Below, in pieces: positions 7,807 through 17,612 of a stretch of DNA of 64,000 bases. The stretch lies in the NCBI GenBank assembly GCA_963710955.1, contig CAVQCK010000001.1:204920-268919 (forward strand), read 5' to 3'. The number at the start of each line of letters is the position of its first letter. The stretch's first letter is position 1. The notes beneath the pieces were generated by a model. It worked only from the letters and a program-made list of their open reading frames with translations. It searched no databases and was not told where the DNA came from. This DNA comes from an uncultured Actinomycetes bacterium (GTDB taxonomy: Bacteria > Actinomycetota > Thermoleophilia > Solirubrobacterales > 70-9). The position numbers and the translations under genes are program-made.

Positions 7807-9464
7807 TGACGACCGAGGAGACGAAGGCCCGCCAGGAGGCGAAGAAGGTCGCCGACGCCGCCAAGGAGGCCGAGGCGCCCGAGGCGCCGGCCGAGGTCCA
7901 GGCCGGCGAGCAGACCGGGATGAAGTCCCTGGTGGAGGACCTCCACGGGCGCCGCGAGAAGGCCAAGCTCGGCGGCGGCGAGGAGAAGATCGCGCTCCAG
8001 CACGAGCGCGGCAAGCTCACCGCGCGCGAGCGGATCGACCTCCTGGTGGATCCCGGAACCTTCGTCGAGCTCGGCATCCAGGCCGGCCCCCATTCCTCGC
8101 AGCGGTCGATGGAGGGCAAGGAGGCGCCCGCCGATGGCGTGATCACCGGGTGGGGCGACGTCGAGGGCCGCACCTGCTGCATCGCCGCCTACGACTTCAC
8201 CGTCATGGCCGGCTCGATGGGGATGACCGGCGAGTTCAAGGTCGGCCGCCTCCGCGAGATGGCCCTGCAGAAGCGCATGCCGCTCATCTGGCTGCTGGAC
8301 TCGGCCGGCGCCCGGATCCAGGAGGCGGCGGGCTCGATGTTCGCCGGCTCCGGCCACCTCTTCCGCGAGGAGGTGACGATGTCGGGCGTCATCCCGCTCG
8401 TGGCGGCGATGCTCGGCCCGTGCGCGGCCGGCACGGCGTACATCCCCGGCCTGTCGGACTTCGTGCCGATGGTCGTCGGGCAGGGGGCGATGGCGCTCGC
8501 CGGGCCGCACCTCACGAAGGCGGTGACCGGCGAGGACATCTCGATGGAGGACCTGGGTGGCGCCCGCGTTCACTGTCGCGTCTCCGGGGTCGGCGACCTC
8601 GAGGTCAAAGACGACGCCGAGTGCATCCAGGCGGTCAAGGACTATCTCTCCCACTTCCCCGCCAGCTGCGAGGAGAAGCCGCCGCTGCGCCCGACCGACG
8701 ATCCCGACGACCGGATGTCGGAGACCCTGCTCGACATCGTCCCCGAGTCGTCGCGGAAGCCCTACGACATGTACGACGTGATCCGCGAGATCGTCGACGA
8801 CGGGGTCTGGTTCGACATCAAGCCGAAGTTCGCCAAGACTCTGATCACGTGCCTGGCCCGGTTCGGAGGCCAGCCGGTCGGGATCGTCGCCAACCAGCCG
8901 AAGCAGCTGGGCGGCATCCTCGAGAACGACTCGGCTGACAAGGCGGCCCGGTTCGTCAACCTCTGCGACGCCTTCAACATTCCCCTCGTCTTCCTCCAGG
9001 ACGTGCCGGGATTCATGGTGGGCTCCAAGGTGGAGCACGCCGGGATCATCCGGCACGGCGCAAAGATGCTCTACGCGGTCTCGCGGGCGACGGTGCCGAA
9101 GATCACCGTCGTCATTCGGAAGGCCTACGGCGCCGGCTACTACGTGATGAACGGCAAGGCGTACGAGCCGGACCTGATCGTCGCCTGGCCCAGCGCCGAG
9201 ATCTCCGTCATGGGGGCCGAGGGTGCGGTGAACATCATCGGCCGCTCGGCGATCGAGGCATCCGACGATCCGGAGGCGACCCGCGAGGCGATGCTCGCGG
9301 AAGTGCGGAAGGTCATCGACCCGTACATCGCCGCCCACAACGACCTGATCGACGACATCATCGACCCGCGCGAGACCCGCCCGACGATCATCCGCGGGCT
9401 GCGGATGGCGGCCAACAAACGGGTGCAGCGCCCGTGGAAGAAGCATGGGGTGATGCCGGTATGA
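7806..9464 (+). CDS. Acyl-CoA carboxylase carboxyltransferase (beta) subunit
   Basis: Propionyl/methylcrotonyl-CoA carboxylase beta-like over its full length. The ATG at 7806 overlaps the upstream stop (TGATG). It has a Lys/Glu/Ala-rich N-terminal tail. Confidence 0.9.
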   Translation: MTTEETKARQEAKKVADAAKEAEAPEAPAEVQAGEQTGMKSLVEDLHGRREKAKLGGGEEKIALQHERGKLTARERIDLLVDPGTFVELGIQAGPHSSQRSMEGKEAPADGVITGWGDVEGRTCCIAAYDFTVMAGSMGMTGEFKVGRLREMALQKRMPLIWLLDSAGARIQEAAGSMFAGSGHLFREEVTMSGVIPLVAAMLGPCAAGTAYIPGLSDFVPMVVGQGAMALAGPHLTKAVTGEDISMEDLGGARVHCRVSGVGDLEVKDDAECIQAVKDYLSHFPASCEEKPPLRPTDDPDDRMSETLLDIVPESSRKPYDMYDVIREIVDDGVWFDIKPKFAKTLITCLARFGGQPVGIVANQPKQLGGILENDSADKAARFVNLCDAFNIPLVFLQDVPGFMVGSKVEHAGIIRHGAKMLYAVSRATVPKITVVIRKAYGAGYYVMNGKAYEPDLIVAWPSAEISVMGAEGAVNIIGRSAIEASDDPEATREAMLAEVRKVIDPYIAAHNDLIDDIIDPRETRPTIIRGLRMAANKRVQRPWKKHGVMPV

Positions 9465-10348
9465 GCAGGTTTGAGGATCCCGTCGTCATCAGCTGTTCGA
9501 TCAGCGGGGCGATCGCCAACCGCGACCAGTGCCCGGCGATTCCCTACACGCCGGAGGAGTACGCGGCCGAGGCGCGGCGCATCGTCGACGAGGGCGGGTC
9601 GCAGATCCACATCCACGCCCGCACGCCCGACGGTGTGCCCAGCTACGAGATCGAGGACTTCCGCGCGATCACCGAGGCGATCCGAGCCGAGGTCGACGAC
9701 GTGATCATCAACTACTCGACAGGAGCGATCGGCATCCCGATCGACAAGCGGATCGCGTACCTGCGCGAGCTCAAGCCCGACGTCGCGGCGCTGAACATGA
9801 GCTCGATGAACTACGCCAAGTACTCGCGCCGCCGCAAGGACTTCGTCTTCAAGGCGGTGTTCGAGAACAGCTTCGACACGATCATCGAGTTTCTGAAAGC
9901 GATGCGCGAAATCGGCATCAAGCCGGAGCACGAGTGCTTCGATGCCGGCCACATTGCCAACCTCGACCCGCTGCTGGACATGGAGCTTCTGAAGGAGCCG
10001 CTCCAGGTCTCGCTGGTGATCGGCGTCAACGGCGGCATTCGGCCCAACGCGCGGAACGTGAGCTTCATGGCCGACCAGATCCCCGGCGGCCCGGAGGGAC
10101 GCAACGCGTGGCAGGTGATCGGCATCTCCCGCGACCAGTGGCGGCTGATCGGCGCCGCGCTGGCGCTGGGCGGCAACGCGCGCGCGGGGGTCGAGGACAA
10201 CTTCTACCTGCCGAACAGCGACATGGCCCGTTCCAACGGCGACCTGATCGCCAAGGTGCGCCAGATGGCCGAGGACATCGGCCGACGACCCGCGACGGTG
10301 GCGGAGGCCCGCGAGCTGCTGGGCCTGCCGCGGCGAGTCGAGGCATGA
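9461..10348 (+). CDS. Beta-keto acid cleavage enzyme (BKACE / DUF849, 3-keto-5-aminohexanoate cleavage enzyme family)
   Basis: IPYTPEEYAAEARRIVDEGGSQIHIHARTPDG and GGNARAGVEDNFYLP match family hallmarks. ATGA overlap with the carboxyltransferase stop. Confidence 0.85.
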   Translation: MSRFEDPVVISCSISGAIANRDQCPAIPYTPEEYAAEARRIVDEGGSQIHIHARTPDGVPSYEIEDFRAITEAIRAEVDDVIINYSTGAIGIPIDKRIAYLRELKPDVAALNMSSMNYAKYSRRRKDFVFKAVFENSFDTIIEFLKAMREIGIKPEHECFDAGHIANLDPLLDMELLKEPLQVSLVIGVNGGIRPNARNVSFMADQIPGGPEGRNAWQVIGISRDQWRLIGAALALGGNARAGVEDNFYLPNSDMARSNGDLIAKVRQMAEDIGRRPATVAEARELLGLPRRVEA

Positions 10349-10358
10349 GGCCCCGGCC

Positions 10359-10772
10359 GTGGCAGACGAGATCTACCGGGCGAGCGTCTCCTGGGACGCT
10401 GATCGCGGGGATCTCCGGGCCTACACCATCGGTCTCTCGCAGCAGCGACTGCCCGGCTCATCCGGCCCCCAGCGGGGAGGCGAAGAGGCAAAGGCCGATC
10501 CCGAGCAGCTCCTGGTCGCTGCCGCGTCGGCGTGTCACATGCTCTGGTTTCTGGACCTCTCGCGCCGGGAGCGGCTCCGGGTGGTCTCCTACGAGGACGA
10601 GCCCGAGGGAGTGATGGACGGGCACCGCTTCGTCCGCGTCGTGCTGCGCCCGGCGATCGGGTCCTCCAGCGCGCCCCCGGCGGAGCTTCTGTCCCGGCTC
10701 CACGACCGCGCCCACAAGGCCTGCTTCATCGCCAACTCGCTCAACTGCCCGGTCGAGGTGGAGCCGCGATGA
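10359..10772 (+). CDS. OsmC/Ohr-family protein
   Basis: 137 aa with two conserved Cys contexts (ASACHMLWFL and KACFIANSLNCPV). Confidence 0.8.
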   Translation: MADEIYRASVSWDADRGDLRAYTIGLSQQRLPGSSGPQRGGEEAKADPEQLLVAAASACHMLWFLDLSRRERLRVVSYEDEPEGVMDGHRFVRVVLRPAIGSSSAPPAELLSRLHDRAHKACFIANSLNCPVEVEPR

Positions 10773-12004
10773 CCGCGCCGCTCTCCGACGTCCGGGTGCT
10801 GGACCTGACCCGGCTGCTGCCCGGCGGCTTCTGCTCGCTCCTGCTCGCCGACTTCGGGGCCGACGTCGTGAAGGTAGAGGACACGGCCATGGGGGACTAC
10901 GTGCGCTGGGCGCCGCCCTACTACGGCTCGGATGAGCACCAGGCTCTCGGCACCCGCTCCGCGCTGTACCTCTCGCTCAACCGCGGGAAGCGCTCGATCC
11001 GCCTCGACCTGAAGTCGGACGCGGGCCGCGAAGCGCTGCTTCGCCTCGCGGGCGACTACGACGTGGTGCTCGAGAGCTTCCGCCCCGGCGTGCTCGACAA
11101 GCTGGGCTGCGGCTACGAGGCACTGCGCGCCGCCAACCCGCGGATCGTCTACTGCGCGATCACCGGCTACGGGCAGACGGGCCCGCACACCCAGCGTGCC
11201 GGCCACGACATGAACTACCTCGGCCTCAACGGCCTGCTCGGCCTGACGGGCGAGCCGGACGGGCGCCCGATCCAGTCAGGTGGGCAGATCGCCGACCTCG
11301 GCGGCGGGGCGCTGATGGCGGCCTTCGGCGTGATGGCCGCCCTCCGCGAGCGCGAGCGCTCCGGCGAGGGCCAGCAGGTGGACGTCTCGATGACCGACGG
11401 CTCCCTCGCGTGGCTCGCGATGGTCGCGGCGCAGTACCTGTGCGACGGCCAGGTTCCGCAGCGTGGGCGGGGGAGCCTCAACGGCGGGATCGCCTGCTAT
11501 CTGCCCTACGAGGCGTCAGACGGCTGGGTGACATGCGGAGCGCTGGAGCCGAAGTTCTGGCGGAACTTCTGCGAGGGCGTTGGCCGCCCGGACCTGATCG
11601 AGAAGCAGTTCGCGGCCCCGGACTCGGAGGACGGCCAGGCGATCGCGGCGGTCTTTGCGGAGCGCACCCGCGACGAGTGGCTCGCCTTCAACGACCAGCA
11701 CGACGCGATGATCGAGCCGGTGCTCGACCTCGACGAGGCGCTCTCCTCCCAGCTCGTCACCGAAAGGGAGATGGTGGTCGAGATGGAGCAGCCGGAGCTC
11801 GGGCCGGTCCGCCTGCTCGGCGTGCCGATCAAGCTCGATCGCACACCCGGCGACGCCACCCGTCCCGCTCCGGCCCTTGGCGAGCACACCGCCGAGGTGC
11901 TCGGGGAGGCCGGCTTCTCGGACGACGAGGTCGAAACGATGATCGAGGCCGGAGCCGCGGCGGGGACGAACGCCGAAGCCGAGGGCGCGAGGTTCATGGG
12001 ATGA
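10769..12004 (+). CDS. Family III CoA-transferase (CaiB/BaiF/AMACR-like)
   Basis: [31 protein letters not shown]-terminus. ATGA overlap with the OsmC stop. The track ORF start (10532) is an out-of-gene extension. Confidence 0.9.
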   Translation: MTAPLSDVRVLDLTRLLPGGFCSLLLADFGADVVKVEDTAMGDYVRWAPPYYGSDEHQALGTRSALYLSLNRGKRSIRLDLKSDAGREALLRLAGDYDVVLESFRPGVLDKLGCGYEALRAANPRIVYCAITGYGQTGPHTQRAGHDMNYLGLNGLLGLTGEPDGRPIQSGGQIADLGGGALMAAFGVMAALRERERSGEGQQVDVSMTDGSLAWLAMVAAQYLCDGQVPQRGRGSLNGGIACYLPYEASDGWVTCGALEPKFWRNFCEGVGRPDLIEKQFAAPDSEDGQAIAAVFAERTRDEWLAFNDQHDAMIEPVLDLDEALSSQLVTEREMVVEMEQPELGPVRLLGVPIKLDRTPGDATRPAPALGEHTAEVLGEAGFSDDEVETMIEAGAAAGTNAEAEGARFMG

Positions 12005-12774
12005 GCCATAACTTGAAGGCATCGACCAGCGACCCGGCCGCCCCCGAACGCGGAGCAGAGGAGGCGGCCGGCAATGGTGGTCTCTTGAAGATTTCAGAGC
12101 TCGCCGAGCGCTCCGGGGTGCCGGTGGCGACGGTGCGGCACTATCTCCGGGAGGGCCTCCTCCCGGAGCCGGTGAAGACGAGCCGCAACATGGCGTATTA
12201 CCCGCCGGAGTTCGTCGAGCGGATCCGGGTCATCAAGCAGCTCCAGGAGGAGCGCTTTATGCCGCTGCGCGTGATCCGCGACCTGCTGGAGCGCGAGGAC
12301 GCGCAGCCGGAGCGCCTGCGGGCCATGATCGAACTGGAGGACCGCATCCTCGAGCGCGCCCTGGCCGGCGAGCGCGAGCGCATCGACGCGAGCGAGGTGC
12401 GCGAGCGCTACGACGTGCCGCAGGAGGTCCTGGACCGCCTGGCCGAGCTCGGCGTGCTGACGCCCGACGAGCAGGGCTACTCGCCCTCCGACGTGCGGAT
12501 CATCGAGGCGATCGGCCGTTTCCGCGCGGGCGGCTACGACGAGCGGATCGGGTTCACCGTCTACGACACCCTGCGCTACAAGCGGGCGCTGGAGCCGGTC
12601 GTCGCGGAGGAGGTCGAGGTGTTGACGAAGCGACTGGCCGGCGACGTGGACCCCGACCGCGCCCTGGAGATCATCGAGGCGGGAATCGGGCCCCTGAACG
12701 ACCTGATGTCCGCGCTTCACACGAAGCTGCTCGTCGCGCGGCTGAGGCACCATGCGGTCGGACGCGACGGCTGA
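12001..12774 (+). CDS. MerR-family transcriptional regulator
   Basis: LKISELAERSGVPVATVRHYLREGLL HTH. ATGA overlap with the CoA-transferase stop. Confidence 0.85.
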   Translation: MSHNLKASTSDPAAPERGAEEAAGNGGLLKISELAERSGVPVATVRHYLREGLLPEPVKTSRNMAYYPPEFVERIRVIKQLQEERFMPLRVIRDLLEREDAQPERLRAMIELEDRILERALAGERERIDASEVRERYDVPQEVLDRLAELGVLTPDEQGYSPSDVRIIEAIGRFRAGGYDERIGFTVYDTLRYKRALEPVVAEEVEVLTKRLAGDVDPDRALEIIEAGIGPLNDLMSALHTKLLVARLRHHAVGRDG

Positions 12775-13165
12775 CAGAGCCGGCGCGCTCATCTGCTTGA
12801 TCGGGCTCCTCGTCGCGGCCCTGTCCCTCGTCCTCGCCGCGATCGCCGGGCCGCCCTACCTGGGCCTCTCCGGCATCAACGGCTGGTTGATCGTCTTCGC
12901 GGCGGCCCTGCTGGCCGCGCTGATCGCGATCCCGTTCGTGCTCGAGGCGCGGCTGCGCGGGTCCTACTCCGACAGCGACGCGCGCTGGGACCGAGCGATC
13001 CCGATCTGGGGCGGGATCGCGCTCATCGTGACGGTCGTCGGCGCCCTGATCGGAGCCTCCGGGGACTTCGCCGGCGACTCGCTTGCCGGCAGCGCCGGGC
13101 TCCTGGCCGCCGGCGCAGGGGGACTGGTCCTCATCGCCGTGGCGACCGCCGTGCTGTCCGGCTGA
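12752..13165 (+). CDS. Integral membrane protein, function unknown
   Basis: 137 aa with about 4 hydrophobic helices and high GC3. Overlaps the MerR 3' end by 23 nt. Confidence 0.6.
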   Translation: MRSDATADRAGALICLIGLLVAALSLVLAAIAGPPYLGLSGINGWLIVFAAALLAALIAIPFVLEARLRGSYSDSDARWDRAIPIWGGIALIVTVVGALIGASGDFAGDSLAGSAGLLAAGAGGLVLIAVATAVLSG

Positions 13166-13177
13166 GCGGGCCGCGGG

Positions 13178-14105
13178 TCAGGCCGCAGCCGCGTGCGCGC
13201 CGTTTGTTCTGCGCACCGCCGCAAGCACCTCGCTCGCCAGCTTCGAGCCGTCGGACGGCCGCAGGGGCGTGACGACGATGCGGACGACCAGCTCGTCGCG
13301 GTCGAGCTCCTCGAGCTCGACGTGGGGCGCGTACCGCGTGGGGATCTCAAGCGAGCGTGCCAGGAGATCCTGGACGTCCTGTGGAGTCGTGTCGGCGCTG
13401 AAGCGGGCGCGTAGGTCAACGCGCTCCGGCTCACGCAGCGGGATCACGGCGACGTTCAGGAGCATGCTGTTCGGCACCATCATCCGGTCGGCGCCGCTGA
13501 TCAGGTCGGTGTAGAAGAGGCCCAGCGAGCTGACGATGCCCTCGAGGGAGCCGGCCAGGGCGCCGCCGACGAGCTTCACCCGCTCGCCGACCCGGAACGG
13601 CCGGGTGCTGAGCAGCACCAGGCTCCGCGAACAGGTTGCCAAGGGTCTGCTGGGCCGCCAGACCGACGATGACCGCGGTGAAGGCTCCGCCGACCGCCAG
13701 GGTGCTCGCGTGGAGCCCCGCGATCCGCAGTGCGACGACGACCACGGCGACGATCGTCAGCAGGCGGATCAGGAACCCGACCACCCCGGCCGTTCCGGGC
13801 TCCAGGCGACGGAAGAGGGCGGGGCCCAGACCGCGCCCCAGAGAGCGCGCCAGCCACCAGCCGAGGATCACCAGGGCGGCGACGGTCCCGATTCGCACAT
13901 AGGTGCCGAGGCCGGGGAAGAGCGTGCCGCGGTTCGCGAACACGACCAGGACGCCGGCGATCAGCGCCCCGAGCACGACGACGGTGCCGCGGGCGCGTTT
14001 GGCCTCGCGGCGGTCGACCTCCGAGCCGAGCCCCACCTGCCGCCAGAGCTCGGTCCTGGATTCAAAAGCCGTGCGTGCACGGCGGAACCGTCCCAAGCCG
14101 AACAT
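13178..14105 (-). pseudogene. MscS-family mechanosensitive channel, split by a frameshift near 13624
   Basis: ORF 13431..14105 carries the TM region up to LAAQQTLGNLFA. ORF 13178..13642 continues in another frame with LVLLSTRPFRVGERVKL and so on. Removing one nt (the minus-strand A at 13624) restores the MscS consensus NLFAGLVLLSTRPFRVGE. Confidence 0.8.
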
Positions 14106-14202
14106 CGGCCGTCATTTGCCCGTTCGAGGCGCCATTACACGTCCCTCCGGTGTGGTTCTCGTCACACGGGACCGGGCTGATTCTCCTGCCCTGCCTCGAA
14201 CC

Positions 14203-14235
14203 TATACTCCTAGATTGACTGGTCAGTCAACTGAC
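14203..14235 (+). promoter_or_regulatory. TATACT -10-like box followed by overlapping palindromes (TTGACTG-GT-CAGTCAA, then GTCAG-N4-CTGAC). Candidate TetR operator at the nitrilase-TetR operon start.
   Basis: Read directly from the sequence, 15-45 nt upstream of the 14250 gene. The operon encodes a TetR regulator. Confidence 0.35.
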
Positions 14236-14249
14236 GAGCGGGGTAGAGG

Positions 14250-15131
14250 TTGATGGAGATCCGAGCCGCGGCGATACAGCTCAACTCAACGGCCGACAAG
14301 AGCCGCAACCTCGCGGCTGCCGAGCGCCTCGTGCGCGAGGCGGCGGCGGACGGTGCCGAGCTGATCGCTCTGCCCGAGAAGTGGAACGTCCTCGGCGACG
14401 CGGAGGCGCTTCACGGCGGAGCGGAGCCGCTCGGCGGCCCGACGCTGACCGCGGCCGCCTCGTGGGCCCGGGAGCTGGGGATCCACCTGCTTGCGGGCAG
14501 CATCCCCGAGCGCGTCGAGGGCCAGCCGAAGCTCTTCAACACGTCGGTTCTGATCGGCCCGGACGGGGAGCTTCACGCCCGCTATCGCAAGATCCACATG
14601 TTTGACGTCGACGTGGGCGGCGTGTCCTATCGGGAGTCGGAGACCGAGGAGCCGGGTGAGGAGATCGTCGCCGCGGTGATCGGCGGCTCGCTGCCGGGGG
14701 TCACGCTCGGCATGACCGTCTGCTACGACCTGCGCTTCCCCGAGCTCTACCGGATCCTCGCCGTGCGCGGGGCCACCGTGCTCAGCGTGCCGTCGGCCTT
14801 CACCTTCGAGACCGGCAAGGACCATTGGGAGGTCCTGCTTCGCGCCCGCGCCATTGAGAGCCAGGCGTTCGTGATCGCCCCGAACCAGGTGGGCGAGGCA
14901 CCGCCGAAGTACCACTCCTACGGACACTCGATGCTGGTCGACCCGTGGGGCACGGTCCTCGCCGTGGCCCCCGACGGCGAGTGCTTCGTCGCGGCCGACC
15001 TCGACCTCTCGGAGGAGGATCGCGTGCGCTCGACGCTTCCCTCGCTCGCGAACCGGCGTCCCGGCGCGTACCGCTGGCCGGGGGCAGCCGAGCTGGAGGT
15101 CCCAGCCATGCGTGAGGTGACCACCCGATGA
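14250..15131 (+). CDS. Carbon-nitrogen hydrolase (nitrilase superfamily) amidohydrolase
   Basis: Glu-Lys-Cys triad contexts (ALPEKW, RYRKIHMFD, TVCYDLRFPE). An ATG at 14253 is an alternative start. Confidence 0.9.
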   Translation: MMEIRAAAIQLNSTADKSRNLAAAERLVREAAADGAELIALPEKWNVLGDAEALHGGAEPLGGPTLTAAASWARELGIHLLAGSIPERVEGQPKLFNTSVLIGPDGELHARYRKIHMFDVDVGGVSYRESETEEPGEEIVAAVIGGSLPGVTLGMTVCYDLRFPELYRILAVRGATVLSVPSAFTFETGKDHWEVLLRARAIESQAFVIAPNQVGEAPPKYHSYGHSMLVDPWGTVLAVAPDGECFVAADLDLSEEDRVRSTLPSLANRRPGAYRWPGAAELEVPAMREVTTR

Positions 15132-15742
15132 GCGCGGAGGCGCCGGCCGTGGACAAGCGGCGGCAGATCCTCGACGCGGCGATCACGGTGTTCGCCCGGC
15201 AGGGCTTCAACGCCTGCAGGGTCTCGGACATCGCGGATGAGGCCGGTGTGGCCTACGGGCTCGTCTATCACTACTTCAAGTCGAAGGACCAGGTCCTGAA
15301 CGAGCTCTTCACCGAGCGCTGGTCGCTGCTCCTGGCCGCGATCGAGGAGGTCGACGGACAGTCCCTGACGGGGCGCGAGAAGCTCGACGCTGTCGCCGGC
15401 TTCATCATCGACTCGTACCGGTATGAGCCCGAGCTGATGAAGGTGATCATCGTCGAGGTGACCCGGGCGGCGAACTCCTTCGGCCGCACTCACCTTCCCG
15501 AGATCCGCCGCGCCTACGATCTGATCGCCAAGATCGTCGCTGACGCCGAGGCGACCGGCGAGTTCCGCAACGACGTCGATCCGGAGTTCGCGTCGATGTG
15601 GTTCTACGGCGCGATCGAGCAGCTCCTGTCGGGCTGGGTGTTCGGCCTGATCCCCGGTGGCGACGGCGACTTCGATCGCGCTCGCGAGATGCTGGTCGAG
15701 ACGATCTGCGGCGGCCTCGAGGCCCGCGACCGCCCTTCGTAG
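15128..15742 (+). CDS. TetR/AcrR-family transcriptional regulator
   Basis: RRQILDAAITVFARQGFNACRVSDIADEAGVAYGLVYHYFKSKDQVL. ATGA overlap with the nitrilase stop. Confidence 0.9.
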   Translation: MSAEAPAVDKRRQILDAAITVFARQGFNACRVSDIADEAGVAYGLVYHYFKSKDQVLNELFTERWSLLLAAIEEVDGQSLTGREKLDAVAGFIIDSYRYEPELMKVIIVEVTRAANSFGRTHLPEIRRAYDLIAKIVADAEATGEFRNDVDPEFASMWFYGAIEQLLSGWVFGLIPGGDGDFDRAREMLVETICGGLEARDRPS

Positions 15743-15755
15743 GGCTCGCACGGCC

Positions 15756-17038
15756 ATGTGGGAATCGCTCGGATCGTCGTATCGGCAGGATCGCGCGCTG
15801 CACGGTGCGGCGAAGGCCCTCAACGTGGCGGTGGGATCGGTCGCGCTCCCCGTGTGGCTGGTGGGCCAGCGCCTGCGTGAGCCGCTTCGCGCGGCGCTCG
15901 GGCGCCTGGACCCGTCCCCGGCGGAGCTGCCCGTCGCGCAGCCGCGCGAGCGCACCATGTCCGCGCTGATGGAGGATCTCGAGTCGATCCCAAGCGGCCT
16001 CCACCACTCGGAGGTTGCGTTGCTGCGCAAGGGCGTTCCCGACATGTCCACCTTCGTCCTCGCCCAGCAGCGGGAGGCGGCGAACCTCGGCTATGCGTAT
16101 CCGGCCCAGTTTTCGGACCACGTGTTCGAGGGGGCGGACGGCGAGCGCATCGCGTCGAGCATCGGGCTGCACGAGGGCGTCCGCCGCCCCGGCCTGATCG
16201 TGGTGCACGGCCTCTTCTCGTCGCGGCGGTTCGACTACGTGCGCGAGATCGCGGTGCGCGCGTTCTTCGAGTGGGGCTTCAACGTCGCCGCCATCGACCT
16301 GCGCAGCTTCGGCCTGACCAACCTCACCAGCCCGGCGCCCACCAGCACCGGCTGGAAGGAGGGGGAGGACATACTCGCCTGCGGGCGGTACCTCAAGGAG
16401 CTTGGTTCGACCACGGTCGGCGCTCTGGGAATCTCGCTCGGGGGCTCGTCGGTGCTCGGCGCCTGCCATCTCGAGGGCGCCGACGAAGGCCTCGACGGCG
16501 GCATCCTCGCGATCTCCCCTCCGAGCGACCCTCGGGCGATGGCCCAGCGGCTGTCCGTGAAGCTCCCGCCGACGCATCCCGCGTACGCCCTCAATCGCGG
16601 CTTCTGGGCGATGCTCACGTCGCGCATCCGGCAGGAGGGCTGGGAGGACGTCGACGACTTCGTCGACCCGATCGAGCGGATCTCCGCTCCCTACTACGAG
16701 GTCGAGCCCGAGGAGCTCTGGCGCCGTGCCGCTGCGCGCGAGCACATCGCCGACGCAAAGGTGCCCGTCCTCGTGCTCCACCCGAAGGACGACGAGATCG
16801 TCCCGGTCGAGCAGGCCGAGGAGCTCGCGGCCGCGGCGACCGGCACGAACTCGTGCGCGTCTGGGTCCTGGAGGGCGGCGGCCATGGCGCGATCGACGCG
16901 GTCGACCGCACGTGGTTCCACGCGGTCACGCGCGGTTTCTTCGAGCGCTGGGCCGGGTACGAGCCGGGCGCGGGCGCCCGGGAGGGCGATGAGCGCCCGG
17001 AGCGGGCGGACAAATTGATTTACTCCGCCGCCAGGTAA
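15756..17038 (+). pseudogene. Alpha/beta-fold hydrolase (COG0429/YheT-like), frameshifted near 16835-16850
   Basis: The frame starting at ATG 15756 carries the GISLGGS nucleophile elbow and HPKDDEIVP. The catalytic His segment HELVRVWVLEGGGHGAIDAV...FFERW lies in the -1 frame (track ORF 16271..17038). Confidence 0.75.
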
Positions 17039-17043
17039 CGGAG

Positions 17044-17178
17044 ATGGAGAACGAAATCGTCAGAAGACTGCTCTGGGCCGGCCTGATGGCCGCGACCGCA
17101 GCGCTGGCCACCGTCGTGGCAAATCGCATCGCGGCGGCCATCTGGGTCCGGGTGTTCGGGGAGGACCCGCCGGAGTGA
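17044..17178 (+). CDS. Small DUF4235-like membrane protein (44 aa), absent from the ORF track
   Basis: MENEIVRRLLWAGLMAATAALATVVANRIAAAIWVRVFGEDPPE. The stop overlaps the next gene's GTG (GTGA). Confidence 0.5.
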   Translation: MENEIVRRLLWAGLMAATAALATVVANRIAAAIWVRVFGEDPPE

Positions 17179-17612
17179 GCACCCCAGAGCCGCCCCCGCC
17201 CCCTCGGACACCGCCTTCCAGCGAGGACAAGGCGCTCGGAGAGCTCGTCATCGATGTCTCCGAGCGGACCTCGACCCTCATCCGCGAGGAGATCGAGCTC
17301 GCGAAGACCGAAGTCCGCGAGAAGATCCAGAAGCTGCTGCAGGGCTCGGTCGTGGGAATCGCTGCCGGCGTCTTCGTGCTCATGGCGCTCGCGATGTTCA
17401 TGCACGGCATCGCTTGGCTCCTCAACCACCTGTTCTTCTCCGGCGACGTCTATGCCGGCTTCCTGATCGAGGCCGCCTTCTGGCTGATCGTCGCCGCGAT
17501 CGCCGGGCTGATCGCCAAGCGGTCGTTCGAGGCCGGGGCGCCGCCGACGCCGGACCTGGCGATCGAGGAGGCGAAGCGGACCAAGGAGACCCTGGAGGCC
17601 GGCACCCGGTGA
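17175..17612 (+). CDS. Holin-X / DUF1469-family membrane protein
   Basis: LGELVIDVSERTSTLIREEIELAKTEVREK followed by two TM helices, which is the typical family layout. Confidence 0.7.
   Translation: MSTPEPPPPPRTPPSSEDKALGELVIDVSERTSTLIREEIELAKTEVREKIQKLLQGSVVGIAAGVFVLMALAMFMHGIAWLLNHLFFSGDVYAGFLIEAAFWLIVAAIAGLIAKRSFEAGAPPTPDLAIEEAKRTKETLEAGTR

Noticed and set aside
7548-9446. 632-aa ORF antisense to the carboxyltransferase gene
   Set aside because: Its composition (Arg/Asp/Gly/Leu-rich, mirror codon bias) is that of a shadow ORF. The sense strand encodes a full-length, motif-rich carboxyltransferase.
17175-17612. Holin-family gene as evidence of a prophage or lysis cassette
   Set aside because: There are no endolysin, terminase, capsid, integrase or att-like repeats anywhere nearby. 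The DUF4235 / holin-like / DUF3618 arrangement reads as a chromosomal membrane-protein set rather than phage-derived.
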